Origin: an uncultured Candidatus Rokubacteria bacterium
GTDB lineage: Bacteria > Methylomirabilota > Methylomirabilia > Rokubacteriales > CSP1-6
Direction of reading: 5' to 3'
NCBI GenBank assembly: GCA_963707305.1
Contig: CAVPPZ010000014.1
Location: 1 to 64,000 of the forward strand
Length of the DNA: 64,000 nucleotides
Part shown: positions 1-11,125 of the stretch, piece by piece
How the letters are laid out: each line of letters starts with the position of its first letter
Position numbering within the stretch: the first letter of the stretch is position 1
Translations under genes and position numbers: made by a program
Notes under the pieces: generated by a model
The model's database searches: none
Seen by the model: only the letters and a program-made list of their open reading frames with translations
Told to the model about the DNA's origin: nothing

Positions 1-86
1 GCGTGAACGGGACCTGCATGACAGCGGCTACCGTAGCGACCCCCTGCAGCGACCGTCAATGTCCAGAGATGGATACAGTCGGCGTC

Positions 87-839
87 TTACCCCCGGCCGA
101 CGAACGGCATCTTCGTCGCCATCACGGTGAGGAACTGCACGTTGGCGTCGAGCGGCAGGCTCGCCATGTAGACCACCGCGTCCGCCACGTGCTCGACGTT
201 CATGAGCGGCTCCGGGCGGACCTCGCCGTTCGCCTGGGGCACGCCGTCCTTCATGCGCGAGGCCAGCGGCGTCTCCGCGTTGCCGACGTCGATCTGGCCG
301 CACGCGATGTCGTACTTGCGCCCATCGAGCGACGTGGACTTCGTGAGGCCCGTGACGGCGTGCTTGGTCGAGGTGTACGCCACGGAGTTCGGGCGCGGCG
401 CGTGCGCGGAGATCGAGCCGTTGTTGATGATGCGGCCGCCGCGCGGCGTCTGGTCCTTCATGATCTTGATCGCTTCCTGCGTGCAGAGGAAGCACCCGGT
501 GAGGTTCGTGTCGACGACGGCCTTCCACTTCTCGAACGGCAGGTCTTCCATCGGGACGGCCGGCGCGCCGATGCCGGCGTTGTTGAAGAGCAGGTCGAGC
601 CGCCCGAACGTCTCCTTGGTGCGGGCGAACAGGTTGCGGATCGCCGCCGCGTCCGCCACGTCGGTGGGCACGACCAGCGACTGCTGTCCCGTGGCCTGGC
701 CTTCGCGCGCGACGTCCTCGAGCAGCTCCTTGCGCCGCCCGGACAGCACCACCGACCAGCCGTTCCGCATGAGGGCGAGGGCGGAGGCCTTGCCGATGCC
801 CGTGCCCGCGCCCGTGATCACCGCGATCTTGGCAGCCAT
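87..839 (-). CDS. SDR family NAD(P)-dependent oxidoreductase
   Basis: 250-aa ORF. It has the N-terminal TGAGTGIG Rossmann glycine motif, an NNAG motif and the catalytic YxxxK motif (YTSTKHAV). It is the last gene of a minus-strand amidase / C45 / SDR cluster. Confidence 0.85.
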   Translation of the reverse strand: MAAKIAVITGAGTGIGKASALALMRNGWSVVLSGRRKELLEDVAREGQATGQQSLVVPTDVADAAAIRNLFARTKETFGRLDLLFNNAGIGAPAVPMEDLPFEKWKAVVDTNLTGCFLCTQEAIKIMKDQTPRGGRIINNGSISAHAPRPNSVAYTSTKHAVTGLTKSTSLDGRKYDIACGQIDVGNAETPLASRMKDGVPQANGEVRPEPLMNVEHVADAVVYMASLPLDANVQFLTVMATKMPFVGRG

Positions 840-851
840 GGACGATCCTCC

Positions 852-1982
852 TTACACGGTCACCGGGGCGGGCTGTCCCACCTCGAGACGATAGGTCGTG
901 AAGCGACGGTTGAGCGCAGGCAGCGGCGCGATCTCCATGATCCCGAGCGCGGGCTCCATGACGATCATCGCGACGGTGGCCGTCTTCGTGCCGTTCACCG
1001 TCTCGCGCGGCGGGCGGCAGACCGACCACGGCGCGGCGAAGTCGTCGAAGAGCGCCGCCTTCACGGTCTCGGGCGTGATCGAGCCGATCTGCGGCGCGAG
1101 GAGCCCGCGCACGCGCAGGTCGCGATAGAGCGTGCACGGGGTGTTCGCGATCCCGGTGTCCTTGAGCTTCGCGAGCGCGACCGGGCTCACCCAGTGATTC
1201 GCGTGCACGAGGAGCCCGCGGTCCGGATGCACCTGGAACGTCTCGTCCGGCGCGCACTCGAAGTCGATGGCGATCCCGCCCGCGTGGCTCACGATCATGT
1301 TGTTGGCCGCCGACTTGGGCGTGGCGTACACCGCGCGCATCGCGAGGGCGACGTGCTCGGACTCCAGCACCTTGCGGCGGATGAGGGCCAGCGGCACGCC
1401 GGTCTGCCGGTAGTCGCGGTCCGACTCGAGATAGTTCGCGGTGATGGCGATGCCGGCCGCGTTGAGGCCGGAGCGCGCGAGGCCCCCGGCCTCGGTGAAG
1501 GTGAGGAGGTCGGGCCCGTCGTCGCGCCGGATCGACAGCACGACGCCCGTCTCCGCGCACTCGACCTTCCAGTCCCAGTTCTGCGCGTGGAGGAGACGCC
1601 GACTCTGCGTGGCTTCGGGCAACGCCACCACGCCCGTACAGGCGTCGTCGGGAACCGCGCGGCGCTGGCCGAGCTTGAGAATCTCGGTGCGCGCGTTCAG
1701 GAGCACGACCGCCTCGAAGTCCAGGCCGGCGCCCTCGGCGATGCCGCGCATCTCCTCGACGTACGCCGGCTCGAACGCCGCGATCCGCGGCAGGTAGTCC
1801 TGGACGAGGCCACGGATGGTCGGCCAGTCACAGGACGACCGTGCGAGCTGGGCCGTGTAGTGCTCGACCCCGAGCGCGATGCGGGAGGCGGCCTGCTCGC
1901 CGTACTGGCGGCCGCGCACACGGGGTGGTCCCGAGACCTCGATCAGCGGGAAGGGAGCGATCATGCCCGCAGCATAATGCAT
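852..1982 (-). CDS. peptidase C45 family protein (acyl-CoA:6-aminopenicillanic acid acyltransferase-like)
   Basis: 376 codons starting MHYAAGMIAPF. The ATG at 1982 lies 6 bp after the amidase stop. The six-frame track extends this frame to 2948 only because the GC-rich frame lacks stops; that extension overlaps the amidase gene and is rejected. The family assignment is recalled from sequence features, not from a database search. Confidence 0.6.
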   Translation of the reverse strand: MHYAAGMIAPFPLIEVSGPPRVRGRQYGEQAASRIALGVEHYTAQLARSSCDWPTIRGLVQDYLPRIAAFEPAYVEEMRGIAEGAGLDFEAVVLLNARTEILKLGQRRAVPDDACTGVVALPEATQSRRLLHAQNWDWKVECAETGVVLSIRRDDGPDLLTFTEAGGLARSGLNAAGIAITANYLESDRDYRQTGVPLALIRRKVLESEHVALAMRAVYATPKSAANNMIVSHAGGIAIDFECAPDETFQVHPDRGLLVHANHWVSPVALAKLKDTGIANTPCTLYRDLRVRGLLAPQIGSITPETVKAALFDDFAAPWSVCRPPRETVNGTKTATVAMIVMEPALGIMEIAPLPALNRRFTTYRLEVGQPAPVTV

Positions 1983-1987
1983 CGGGC

Positions 1988-3409
1988 TCAGGCCGCGACG
2001 GGAGGCCGCCGCGTCCCCACGCCCGTCGCCTGCTCGAAGGCGTGGGCGAGCTGCAGCACCCCCCAGTCGTCCTGATGGCGTCCGACGATCTGGAGCCCCA
2101 CCGGCAGGCCGTCGTCGGTGAACCCGCACGGCACCGAGATGGCCGGCAGACCCGTCACCGTGATGTCCGAGCAGACGCGCATCCAGTCGATGTAGGTGGG
2201 CAGGCGCACCCCGTTGATCTCCGTGGGGTACGGCTGCGTGACGTCGAACGGCGGGACCTGGGTCACCGGCAGGAGGAGGAACGGTCGCTCCTCCATGAAC
2301 GCGCGGACGCGGTCGTAGAGGGCGGCGCGGCGCGCCTCGGCCTGCACGATGTCGTGCGCGGTGAGCTTCTGGCCCTGCTCGATGTTCCAGATGACGGTGT
2401 CCTTCATCTGGTCGCGATGGCGCTCGAGGAGCGGCCCGTACTTCGCGAGGAACAGGATCGCGCGCCAGACCTGGAAGATCTCGCGCGCGTCGGTGAAGTC
2501 CGGGTGGCCGTCCTCCACGACGCACCCGAGCTGGGTGAAGATCCCCCGCTGCCGCTCGATGACCGAGCGGATCCGCGTGTCGATCGGGAGACCGCCCAGA
2601 TCCGGCGCCCACGCCACCCGCACGCCGCGGAAGTCGCGCGCCAGCGGCGCGCGAAACCGCTCGCCGGGCTCCGCGATCGCGAGCGGCGCGCGCCGATCGG
2701 GGCCCGCCATCGCGCTCAGGAGGAGCGCCGCGTCCGCGACCGTGCGCGCCATGGGACCGTGCGTCGACAGTCCGAGCCACGGCGCTTCCGCGGGCCACAC
2801 GGGCACGCGGTTGAGCGACGGCCGCAGCCCGACCACGTTGCAGAAGCTCGCCGGGTTGCGGAGCGAGCCGCCGAGGTCGCTGCCGTCCGCGATCGGCACC
2901 ATGCCGCAGGCGAGCGCGACCGCGGCGCCGCCGCTCGAGCCGCCGCACGTCTTCGAGGGATCGTACGGATTCAGCGTGCGGCCGAACACCTCGTTGAAGG
3001 TCTGCGAGCCCGCGCCGAACTCCGGCGTGTTGCTCTTGCCGAGCGTGATGGCGCCGGCCGCGAGGGTGCGCTCGACCACGAGGGCGTCGGCGTCGGGCAC
3101 GTGGTCCCGGTAGATCGGCGAGCCGTACGTGGTGCGGATCCCGCGCGTCACGAACAGGTCCTTGTGCACGATCGGCAGGCCGAACAGCGGGCCCATGGTG
3201 TCGCCGCGCGCGAGCGCGGCGTCCTTCGCACGCGCGTCGTCGAGCGCGCGCTCGGCGGTGAGCGTCACGATCGCGTTGACCTTCGGGTTCACGCGCTCGA
3301 TCTGCGCGAGGTGCGCCTGCACGACCTCGGTGATCGACACGTCGCGGGCGCGGATACGGCGGGCGAGCTCGGTCGCGGTGAGGAAGCAGAGGGTGTTCAC
3401 GCCCGGCAT
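1988..3409 (-). CDS. amidase (amidase-signature family, GatA-like)
   Basis: 473-aa ORF with the amidase signature GGSSGGAAVALACG plus the KDLF...TRG and SDLGGSLR motifs. It is the first gene of the minus-strand cluster. Confidence 0.85.
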   Translation of the reverse strand: MPGVNTLCFLTATELARRIRARDVSITEVVQAHLAQIERVNPKVNAIVTLTAERALDDARAKDAALARGDTMGPLFGLPIVHKDLFVTRGIRTTYGSPIYRDHVPDADALVVERTLAAGAITLGKSNTPEFGAGSQTFNEVFGRTLNPYDPSKTCGGSSGGAAVALACGMVPIADGSDLGGSLRNPASFCNVVGLRPSLNRVPVWPAEAPWLGLSTHGPMARTVADAALLLSAMAGPDRRAPLAIAEPGERFRAPLARDFRGVRVAWAPDLGGLPIDTRIRSVIERQRGIFTQLGCVVEDGHPDFTDAREIFQVWRAILFLAKYGPLLERHRDQMKDTVIWNIEQGQKLTAHDIVQAEARRAALYDRVRAFMEERPFLLLPVTQVPPFDVTQPYPTEINGVRLPTYIDWMRVCSDITVTGLPAISVPCGFTDDGLPVGLQIVGRHQDDWGVLQLAHAFEQATGVGTRRPPVAA

Positions 3410-3476
3410 TGTAAAGCCTGACCAGTGGATCAGATGGCGGCGGCGTGCGTCTTACAGGGTGAAGGAGATGGATACG

Positions 3477-3674
3477 ATGAAGCTCCTGTGGGTCGTACTG
3501 GCCGCGGTCCTGCTGTCAGGGTGTGCCGTGGTCCCCTTACCATATCCCTACGCGGTGGGGCCGGAGGTGGGCGTCGGCGTGGGCGTCGGCGTGCCGGTCT
3601 ATCGCGGCGGGTACTCCCACGGTCCGTACTACCGCCGCGGCTACTACGGCCGGCCGTACTATCGCCGCTGGTAG
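3477..3674 (+). CDS. small lipoprotein, Tyr/Gly/Arg/Pro-rich (65 aa)
   Basis: GAAGGAG ribosome-binding site 9 nt upstream of ATG 3477. The signal peptide MKLLWVVLAAVLLSGC has a lipobox. The mature part is low-complexity: PYPY, a (GV)4 run, and YRGGY / GYYGRPYYRRW. Confidence 0.55.
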   Translation: MKLLWVVLAAVLLSGCAVVPLPYPYAVGPEVGVGVGVGVPVYRGGYSHGPYYRRGYYGRPYYRRW

Positions 3675-3688
3675 CCGCTAGGCGCTTG

Positions 3689-3778
3689 CCGGCGCAACGG
3701 CAGCCGCGGAGCGGCACGGCTTTGCCGGGCTGCGGAGCGCGGGGGGCATGGGGGGTGCGTCTCGCACCCCCCATGTCA
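3689..3778. repeat. GC-rich palindromic intergenic repeat, copy A (ends CCCCCATGTCA)
   Basis: ~85% identical over ~85 bp to the copy at 62286-62372. It contains the perfect hairpin GGGGGGTGCG-TCT-CGCACCCCCC and abuts the stop of the minus-strand ATP-grasp gene. Confidence 0.6.
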
Positions 3779-4723
3779 TTGAGTCGCTCGGGCGACGATC
3801 GAGTCGACGAAGTCCTGGAACGGATCGAAGCCCAGCACGCGCGGCGCGTCGGCGACGAAGTTCGAGGTGGCGTTGACGTCGTAGAAGTAGGCCAGCCCGT
3901 CGCGCGCGCTCACCAGGTACTCCACACCCCCGACGTCGATCCCGGCCTCGACCGTCAGACGGACGGCGGTCTCGACCGCGGCGGCCGGCGCGTCGTACCT
4001 CGTGACGCTCATGCCGGGCTTCGTCTCCACGGGGCACGCGGCGAGGGGATCCGTCGGAGCGGGCACCTGACAGATGTCGGCCGGGCACAAGTTGAAGTCG
4101 CGCGCGACCTCGCGCACGATCCGGATGGCGTAGAGCCCGCGCCCGTCGAGCACCTCGACACGGACGATCGCTCCGTCCGCAGGCTCGATGTATTCCTGCA
4201 CGAGCGCGGTGCCGTCGGGCCCGAAGGCAAGCGTGTCGAGCCCGGCCCGGAGCTCGTCCACGGAGTCGAAGCGCACGATCCCGGCGCCGGAGCCGCCGAC
4301 GTTCGGCTTCACGACCAGCGGGAACGCGATGCGGTCGAGCGTCTTGAGGATCTGCTCGCGATGGTTCACGACGACGGCCCGCGGATAGCGAACGCCGAGG
4401 CGCTCGAAGAGCTCGAGCTGGAGCGCCTTCGACTTCTCGAAGCGGTAGGCGCGCACCGGATTGATCACCGGGATGCCGCGGGCTTCGTAGTGGGCGAGGA
4501 GCGCTTCCGCGTAGAAGAGGACGCCCCCGTGGCCGCGGGTGTGCGACGACGGGCTCGTCCGATTGACGATCACCGAGTAGTGGCGATCGGGGTCGCGGGG
4601 ATCAAACGCGTGGCTCGAATGGTCGATCTTCTCGTAGGGGAGCCGACGCGCGTCCAGGGCGTCGATCAGCCGGCGGGACCATTCCGGGTGTTCGTCCAGG
4701 ATGCCGATCGGGCGATCGAGCAT
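3776..4723 (-). CDS. ATP-grasp domain protein (RimK/alpha-L-glutamate ligase-like)
   Basis: 315-aa ORF with the glycine-rich loop LVVKPNVGGSGAGIVRF and ATP-grasp C-terminal motifs. Confidence 0.75.
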   Translation of the reverse strand: MLDRPIGILDEHPEWSRRLIDALDARRLPYEKIDHSSHAFDPRDPDRHYSVIVNRTSPSSHTRGHGGVLFYAEALLAHYEARGIPVINPVRAYRFEKSKALQLELFERLGVRYPRAVVVNHREQILKTLDRIAFPLVVKPNVGGSGAGIVRFDSVDELRAGLDTLAFGPDGTALVQEYIEPADGAIVRVEVLDGRGLYAIRIVREVARDFNLCPADICQVPAPTDPLAACPVETKPGMSVTRYDAPAAAVETAVRLTVEAGIDVGGVEYLVSARDGLAYFYDVNATSNFVADAPRVLGFDPFQDFVDSIVARATQ

Positions 4724-4786
4724 TGGTTTCTCCTAGCTTTACGGGAAATACTGTAATTCCGACTTGTTTATAGGAGAATAGACGTC
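4724..4786. promoter_or_regulatory. AT-rich 63-bp divergent intergenic region (putative promoters for the ATP-grasp and SelW-like genes)
   Basis: Locally low GC (tttctcctagctttacgggaaatactgtaattccgacttgtttataggagaatagacg) in an otherwise GC-saturated sequence. It contains the AGGAGA ribosome-binding site for ATG 4787. Confidence 0.3.
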
Positions 4787-5083
4787 ATGGAGATCGAGAT
4801 CAAGCGCTGTGTCCTGTGACGCCATCTGCGAAAGGAGGCCGTGAGCCTCAGCGCGGAGCTCACCCGTGAGGTCGGGGTGACGCCGAAGATCGGCTGGGCG
4901 TGGCCGGGCCAGCTCGACGTGCTCGTCGACGGCGCCGTCGTCTTCTCGAGAAGGACGGCGGGCAGGCTACCGGAGCCCGGTGAAGTCGCGCGCCTGCGTC
5001 AGGCCGTCAGGCGACGATGGCCTGCTGCTTCTCCCGCGACACGCCCACAGCCTCACCGGCCTGGAGGATCTCCTCCCAGGTGA
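4787..5083 (+). CDS. SelW/Rdx-family selenoprotein (CxxU), in-frame TGA at 4817-4819 read as Sec
   Basis: ATG 4787 has an AGGAGA ribosome-binding site 8 nt upstream. The product is MEIEIKRCVL-U(TGA)-RHLRKEAVSLSAELTREVGVTPKIGWAWPGQLDVLVDGAVVFSRRTAGRLPEPGEVARLRQAV. This matches the bacterial SelW-like architecture: the CxxU redox motif at residues 8-11 and the later FEV/VDG...FS...GRFPE core. The six-frame track begins this ORF only at a GTG after the TGA. The 3' end extends to 5083 and overlaps the convergent gene, so the true stop is uncertain. Confidence 0.6.
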
Positions 5084-6083
5084 TCGGATCGACCTCGATC
5101 CCGGTGCGTGACCGCTCGGCGCGCGCCAGCCGCTCGGGCTCGCCGGGGACCAGCACGGGTGCTGCGGGATCGGCGGGCGGCGAGCCCTTCAGGTAGTCCA
5201 CGAAGCCGTCGATCTCGCGGCGCAGCCAATCGACGCCGGCCAGCCGCGCCGGATCCAGCACCACCGCGAACATGTTGTTGATCGTCCCGCCCTTGCGCAC
5301 GTTGCCGGGCTGGATCGTCGGGCCCCCCGAGAGCGCGCCCGCGAGCAGCTCGGTCACCACGGCCAGCGCGTAGCCCTTGTGACCGCCGAACGTGCGGAGC
5401 GCGCCGATCGGATCCTGGTACATCACGTTCGGATCGCGTGTCGGCTGCCCCTTGGCGTCGATCAGGATGCCCTCGGCCACGAGGTGCTTCTCGTTCTTCG
5501 CGACGCGCACCTTGCCCATCGCGATCGCGCTCGTGGCCATGTCGAGCAGCAGCGGCGGCTGCCGCTCGGTGCCGGGGATCGCGATGCAGACGGGGTTGGT
5601 GACGAAGCGCGCGTCGGTGCCGCGGAACGGCGCCACGAGCGCGCGGTGGTCGGTGACGTTGACGAAGTGCAGCGACACGAGGCCGGCCGCGCTGGCCATC
5701 TCACCGTAGGCGCCGACGCGGCCGATGTGCGGCGCGTTCGCGAGCGTGACCGCGACCACGCCCGTCTGGCGGCATCGCGCGATGGCGGCCTCCATCGCTT
5801 CGCCGGCCACGCAGCGGCCGTAGCCGCGGCCGCCGTCGAACATCAGCACGGCGCCATCGTCCTTCACGACCTTCGCGCGCGTGTTCGGGATGACGAGACC
5901 CGCCTTCAGCTGACGGATGTACGAGGGCACCATGCCGACGCCGTGGCTGTCGTGGCCGTAGAGGTTCGCGAGCACGAGGTGGTCGGCGACGAGATCCGCC
6001 TCGGCGACGGCGCTGCCGCCGGCGTGGAGGATCGTGCTGGTGAGATTCCGGAGCCGGTCGGCGGTCGGTTTGGTGGCTGGCAT
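5007..6083 (-). CDS. Ldh family oxidoreductase (malate/L-lactate/sulfolactate dehydrogenase family 2)
   Basis: 358 codons from ATG 6083 (MPATKPTADRL...). Family motifs GHDSHG and FGGHKGYALA are present. Confidence 0.8.
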   Translation of the reverse strand: MPATKPTADRLRNLTSTILHAGGSAVAEADLVADHLVLANLYGHDSHGVGMVPSYIRQLKAGLVIPNTRAKVVKDDGAVLMFDGGRGYGRCVAGEAMEAAIARCRQTGVVAVTLANAPHIGRVGAYGEMASAAGLVSLHFVNVTDHRALVAPFRGTDARFVTNPVCIAIPGTERQPPLLLDMATSAIAMGKVRVAKNEKHLVAEGILIDAKGQPTRDPNVMYQDPIGALRTFGGHKGYALAVVTELLAGALSGGPTIQPGNVRKGGTINNMFAVVLDPARLAGVDWLRREIDGFVDYLKGSPPADPAAPVLVPGEPERLARAERSRTGIEVDPITWEEILQAGEAVGVSREKQQAIVA

Positions 6084-6180
6084 GGCCGAGACAGTACCAT
6101 TTTCCCGGGGCGAGACGACGGGCCCGGCTTCGTGTACAAAGGGGGGGTCGTCGTACAACCCCCCACGGAGGAGAAGACCC

Positions 6181-6780
6181 ATGGCTCAGCTGCAGATCCC
6201 CCTCGATGCCGCCCGTTTCGCCACTGGCCAGAGCTGGAAGGACTACATGGCCCAGATGGGCGATACGCGGGCCCGGACGGAAGAGAACTACCAGAAGTCC
6301 GCGCTCACCGACGACGAGCGGAAGTTCTTCGGCGGCGTGAAGAACGTCCGCTACGTGATCATGCTCGCGGAGAACTGGTGCGGCGACGTGCACCGCAACT
6401 CGCCGCTCGTCGCCCACGTCGTCGACGCGATCCCGAGCGCCGAGCTGCGGGTGTTCCTCCGTGACCAGGCCCCCGACCTTCGCGACACGTTCCTCAACAA
6501 CGGCTACCAGTCCATTCCGGTCGTCGTCTTCTTCGACCAGAACTGGAACGAGGTCGGCCGGTGGTACGAGCGCGCGCACGCCGCGACGGGCAAGGCCGCC
6601 CAGCTCCGCGTCAATACCGTGGACGCGGCGCCGAAGGACGACAAGGCCAAGCAGGACGCCGCGATGAACGAGTTCCGCAGTGCGGTGACCAACGCGTACA
6701 ACGCGGCAGGCGGGCCGATGTGGCGGGCTGCGGCCGCCGAGCTCCGGCTGGTCTGCGAGAACGCCGACAAGAAGAAGTAG
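6181..6780 (+). CDS. thioredoxin-fold protein (WCGDV, monothiol CxxV-type)
   Basis: GGAGGA ribosome-binding site before ATG 6181. The active-site-like segment is VIMLAENWCGDVHRN, followed by IPVVVFFD, which is typical of a thioredoxin fold. Confidence 0.65.
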   Translation: MAQLQIPLDAARFATGQSWKDYMAQMGDTRARTEENYQKSALTDDERKFFGGVKNVRYVIMLAENWCGDVHRNSPLVAHVVDAIPSAELRVFLRDQAPDLRDTFLNNGYQSIPVVVFFDQNWNEVGRWYERAHAATGKAAQLRVNTVDAAPKDDKAKQDAAMNEFRSAVTNAYNAAGGPMWRAAAAELRLVCENADKKK

Positions 6781-6879
6781 GTCCGTTCTCAGCCGTGCCA
6801 TGGGGGCGACGCGCGGGCGGTCATTCACCGGCCCGCGCCGTCGCCGCCAGGCCCGGCGGCAAGGCGGTAAAATGCTCCG

Positions 6880-8862
<1,983 letters not shown>

Positions 8863-8881
8863 GCGTCACAAGGAGGACACT

Positions 8882-9944
8882 GTGAGCACCTTCAAGGTCA
8901 TCATCCAGAAACCCGCGGCCGGCACCGTCACCTACGATCTCGCCGACGGGCCCTACGCCATCGAGCGCGAGGCGCTCGATCCCATCGGCGCCGAGATCGT
9001 CGAAGTGCCCGCGAAGACGGAGGAGGAGTTCATCGCCGCCGCCAGGGACGCGGACGCGCTCATCGCGCGCAACCGCCGCATCAGCGCCACCATCATCAAG
9101 AGCCTGCAGAAGTGCAAGGTGATCGGCCTCGAGCAGCGTCGGCGCCGACACCGTCGACGTGGACGCGGCGACGGAGGCGGGCATCGTCGTGACCAACGTC
9201 CCGGACGTCTTCATCGACGAGGTGGCCGATCACACGATGGCCATGTTCCTCGCCGCCCACCGTCGCCTCCGCCTGATGCACCAGCTGACGGTCGACGGCC
9301 GGTGGCGCGATGGCCGCCCGTACTTCAACGAGATCCCGCGGCTCTACGGCCAGACGATGGCGCTCATCTCCTTCGGCAACGTCGCGAAGGCCGTGGCGCG
9401 CCGCTGCCACGCCTTCGGCCTCCACGTCATCGCCTTCGATCCGTACGTGGCGGAGCTCGACATGACGTCCGTCGGCGTGGAGCCGGTGACGAGCCTGCTG
9501 GAGCTGCTGCGGCGCGGCGACTTCGTGTCGATGCACGCGCCGCTCAACAACGAGACGCAGCACATGATGAGCCTGCAGCAGTTCCAGGCGATGAAGCGCA
9601 CCGCGCTCTTCATCAACAACGGCCGGGGCCCGACGGTGGACGAGGCGGCGCTGGCCAAGGCGTTGCAGGAGGGGTGGATCGCGGGCGCCGCGCTCGACGT
9701 CTTCGAGCAGGAGCCGGTCGATACGGGCAACCCGCTGCTCAAGATGGAGAACGTGATCGTCACGCCGCACATCGCGTCGGCGACGGCGCGGATGGCGCCG
9801 GAGTCGCGCCGGCGGCTCGGGCGCGAGATCGCGACCGTGCTGCAGGGCAAGTGGCCGCGCTCCGCGGTGAACCCCGGCGTGCTTCCGCGGACGAGCTTGA
9901 TCCGGTGGCAGCCGTACCCGATGGGCCGCGGACCGAACCGGTAA
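8882..9944 (+). CDS. D-isomer-specific 2-hydroxyacid dehydrogenase (frameshifted near 9135)
   Basis: AAGGAGGA ribosome-binding site plus GTG 8882. The N-terminus MSTFKVIIQKP...KVIGLE is in one frame. After a 1-nt frame change the next frame continues SVGADTVDVDAATEAGIVVTNVP...HIASAT. Confidence 0.75.
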
Positions 9945-9968
9945 CGCGCCGGAGACGGTGGCGTCGAG

Positions 9969-9995
9969 CGGAGGGGGCCGTCGAGGCCCCCTCCG
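9969..9995. repeat. GC palindrome GAGGGGGCC-GTCGA-GGCCCCCTC (terminator-like hairpin, repeat family member)
   Basis: Perfect 9-bp stem just downstream of the 2-hydroxyacid dehydrogenase stop. It is related to the element at 60999-61030 (shared ...CCTCCGAAT tail). Confidence 0.4.
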
Positions 9996-10013
9996 AATTT
10001 TGGAGGTGGCGCG

Positions 10014-11124
10014 ATGCGATGGGTGACCGCACTACTGCTGCTCGCCGCGCTGGCGGGGGTGGCGGCCGCCGCCGAGGCGGCGACTCCGGACGACGCGTAC
10101 ATCGCCGGCTATGCGGCGGCGGTGCTCGAGCGGGAGTTCCAGGCGAGGACGACGTCGTTGCGCGTCGAGCGTGGCGTCATTTCCGTCCACACGGCCGATC
10201 TGGGCGGCGCCGATCGCGACGCGCGTGCAGGAGGCGCTGTCGCGGATCGTGGGGGTCGTGCGCGTCGAGATCGGCGATCCCCCCGGGCCACCGCGCATCC
10301 CGGTGGCCGTCGGGTCACGCGCGACGGAGCCCGGCGGCAAGCAGGCGCAGGTGATCGAGGACCTGTCGGTCGGGCTGCTGCCGAGTGGCCATCTGTTCAA
10401 GCCTCTCCTGGCCGATCCGCGGTGGCCGCATTTCGCCGCCTCGTACCAGTACTACCTCGACGATCCTCAGCTTGGCAGCGTCGCCGCCGTCAGCTTCGGC
10501 GAGACCCTCACGCTCTTCCGCGAGAAGCTCGGGGGCGGGTGGTGGGAGACGGGAATTCAGGCCGGCGTGTTCGCGTTGTTCGACGTGGAGGCGCCGTCGA
10601 CGGATCTGATCAACGCGGACTACATGGTCGCGGCGTTCCTCGGCTATCGCTACGACCGCTTTTCCGCGATCGCGCGCCTCTTCCACCAGAGCAGCCACCT
10701 CGGCGACGAGTTCGTCCTGCGCAACCGCGTCAAGAACCGCGTCAACCTGAGCTACGAGGCCGTCGACCTTCGCGCGTCGTACATGCTCTTCGACGACGTG
10801 CTCCGCCTCTACGGGGGCGGCGGGGTGCTGTTCGACCAGGAGCCGTCCGACCTGAAGCCGGGGTTCGTGCAGTGGGGCATCGAGTTTCGCAGCCCGTGGC
10901 GGACGACCGCATTCCGCCCGATCGCGGCCGCCGACATCCAGAACCGCGAGGAGAACAACTGGCACACCGACTTCTCGCTGCGGGCGGGGATCGAGTTCGA
11001 GAGCTGGCTGGGGTCGCGGAACCTGCAGATCATGCTCGAGTACTTCCGCGGCCACTCACCCAACGGCCAGTTCTACCAGGGGAAGATCGACTACCTCGGT
11101 GTCGGCGCCCACTTCAACTTCTAG
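10014..11124 (+). CDS. DUF1207-family outer-membrane beta-barrel protein (frameshifted near 10205)
   Basis: Signal peptide MRWVTALLLLAALAGVAAAAEA. After a 1-nt frame change the product continues with the FKPLLADPRWPHFAASY motif and ends in aromatic-rich beta-strands (...GVGAHFNF). Confidence 0.7.
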
Positions 11125-11125
11125 A

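Noticed and set aside
3-2075. 690-aa plus-strand ORF, and similar giant ORFs elsewhere (5701..8340 -, 7704..8885 +, 19977..23090 -, 51897..54023 +, 54491..56974 N-terminal part, 55565..59107 beyond lptF)
   Set aside because: They are Arg/Ala/Gly/Pro-rich translations of the opposite strand or an alternative frame of well-supported genes (SDR/C45/amidase, HK, RND permease, valS, lptFG). Stop-codon scarcity in ~70% GC DNA produces these artefacts.
3689-3778. CRISPR array hypothesis for the recurring G6/C6 palindromes
   Set aside because: Copies are dispersed tens of kb apart, differ in sequence, and lack regular repeat-spacer periodicity. No cas genes are present.
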